This document shows positions 63,175 through 64,000 of a DNA stretch of 64,000 nt, in pieces. Both the position numbers and the translations under genes were made by a program. The notes under the pieces were generated by a model. That model did not search any database. It saw only the letters and a list, made by a program, of their open reading frames with translations, and was not told where the DNA came from. The DNA is from Eledone cirrhosa (Eukaryota), in NCBI GenBank assembly GCA_964016885.1, contig OZ024740.1, positions 139,376,001 through 139,440,000 on the forward strand. The letters are read 5' to 3'. The first letter of the stretch is position 1. The number at the start of each line of letters is the position of its first letter.

Positions 63175-63430
63175 TTTGCTGATTTAGGCGCAATGCCAAC
63201 AAACTTCAGGGAGGGGAAAGTTGATTATATCTACCCCAGTGCGTTACTGATACTTTATTTTTATCGATCCCGTAAGGATGAAGAGCAAAGCTAACCTCGA
63301 CGAAATTTGAACTCGTAACTATATGCGGAAAAGCATATTGTCTGATGTTCTACCGTTACTGCCAATCTGCCATCGTTAGTGGTTTAGTTACTGCCAATCT
63401 GCCATCGTTAGTGATTTAGGCACAAGGCCA
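63175..63430 (-). mobile_element. Diverged SINE with a small tandem duplication
   Basis: SINE core on the minus strand; gttactgccaatctgccatcgttagtg occurs twice. Confidence 0.65.
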
Positions 63431-63548
63431 ACATCTATAATTTTCAACAGGCACCGGCGAGTGCTAAGCTCTGATGATTACCAACAGTATGAAACAGATC
63501 TGTCAGCTTATCTCCCTTTGTTTGTGGAAAAAAGTAGTAAGTGGCATA

Positions 63549-63597
<49 letters not shown>

Positions 63598-63601
<4 letters not shown>

Positions 63602-64000
63602 TAAAAGGAAAAGAAAATGGTGACACATTTTTCCCAGTGAAAAATAGTTTAATTAGGAATAAGTATAAAATAGTAATAAGTATTGGTTAGTATTCAGTTT
63701 TAGTTTTAAGTTTTTAAATAATTTTGAGATAGAGCGCCCGTGATGTTTGCAGAGCAAACATCATGGGCGCTCTATCTCAAAATAGCCTTTGAACACCTAA
63801 GCGACAATGAACTATATACAGAGATCCCGGACATGACTGCAGCCCAGATCGAAAAACAGACCAACTCCATCTGGTTCGACATCTGAAAGAGAAGACAACT
63901 CCCAAATAAAGTTAAGCTCAACTATACCACTAGAAATAGCAGACTGCCCACTTTCTACCACCTCTTCAAGACCCACAAGAATAGTACTAAGACACAAATA
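63598..64000 (+). mobile_element. 5'-truncated PLE (RT N-terminal region) preceded by an inverted family H arm
   Basis: 63598-63783 is an H arm plus fold-back. It is followed by AFEHLSDNELY...SRLPTFYHLFKTHK, the pre-RT motif of Penelope-like RTs, which runs off the window. Confidence 0.75.

Noticed and set aside
62640-63175. Coding-like segment, possibly a DNA transposon remnant
   Set aside because: It has multiple stops and no motif I can assign; a translated database search is needed.
63885-63887. In-frame TGA in the terminal PLE fragment as recoding
   Set aside because: It is a single stop in a truncated copy and cannot be distinguished from ordinary decay.

Overview
This is AT-rich, microsatellite-saturated eukaryotic DNA. 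The SINE types and repeat landscape suggest an octopus or other coleoid cephalopod (inference). No host protein-coding exon could be supported, and most short ORFs in the track are (TA)n/(CA)n artefacts. The window is almost entirely retroelements: several Penelope-like elements (PLEs; Naiad-type RT plus GIY-YIG), a head-to-tail array of Tx1/L1-group LINEs in a (GATA)n tract, a cluster of Tx1-like and R4/Dong-like LINEs in (ATT)n tracts, a HERO-like LINE, RTE fragments, a Tc1/mariner remnant and tRNA-type SINEs. The most striking pattern is a dense set of short non-coding elements between (TA)n tracts, from about ten sequence families. They carry minimal type I hammerhead ribozymes (HHRs), often form fold-back palindromes whose apex lies inside the hammerhead, and share a downstream ACTC...GAGTRC hairpin that is also present in the 3' UTRs of coding PLE copies. 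This points to a PLE-mobilised, retrozyme-like system of fold-back mini-elements. All alignments and folds were done by eye, and boundaries are approximate.
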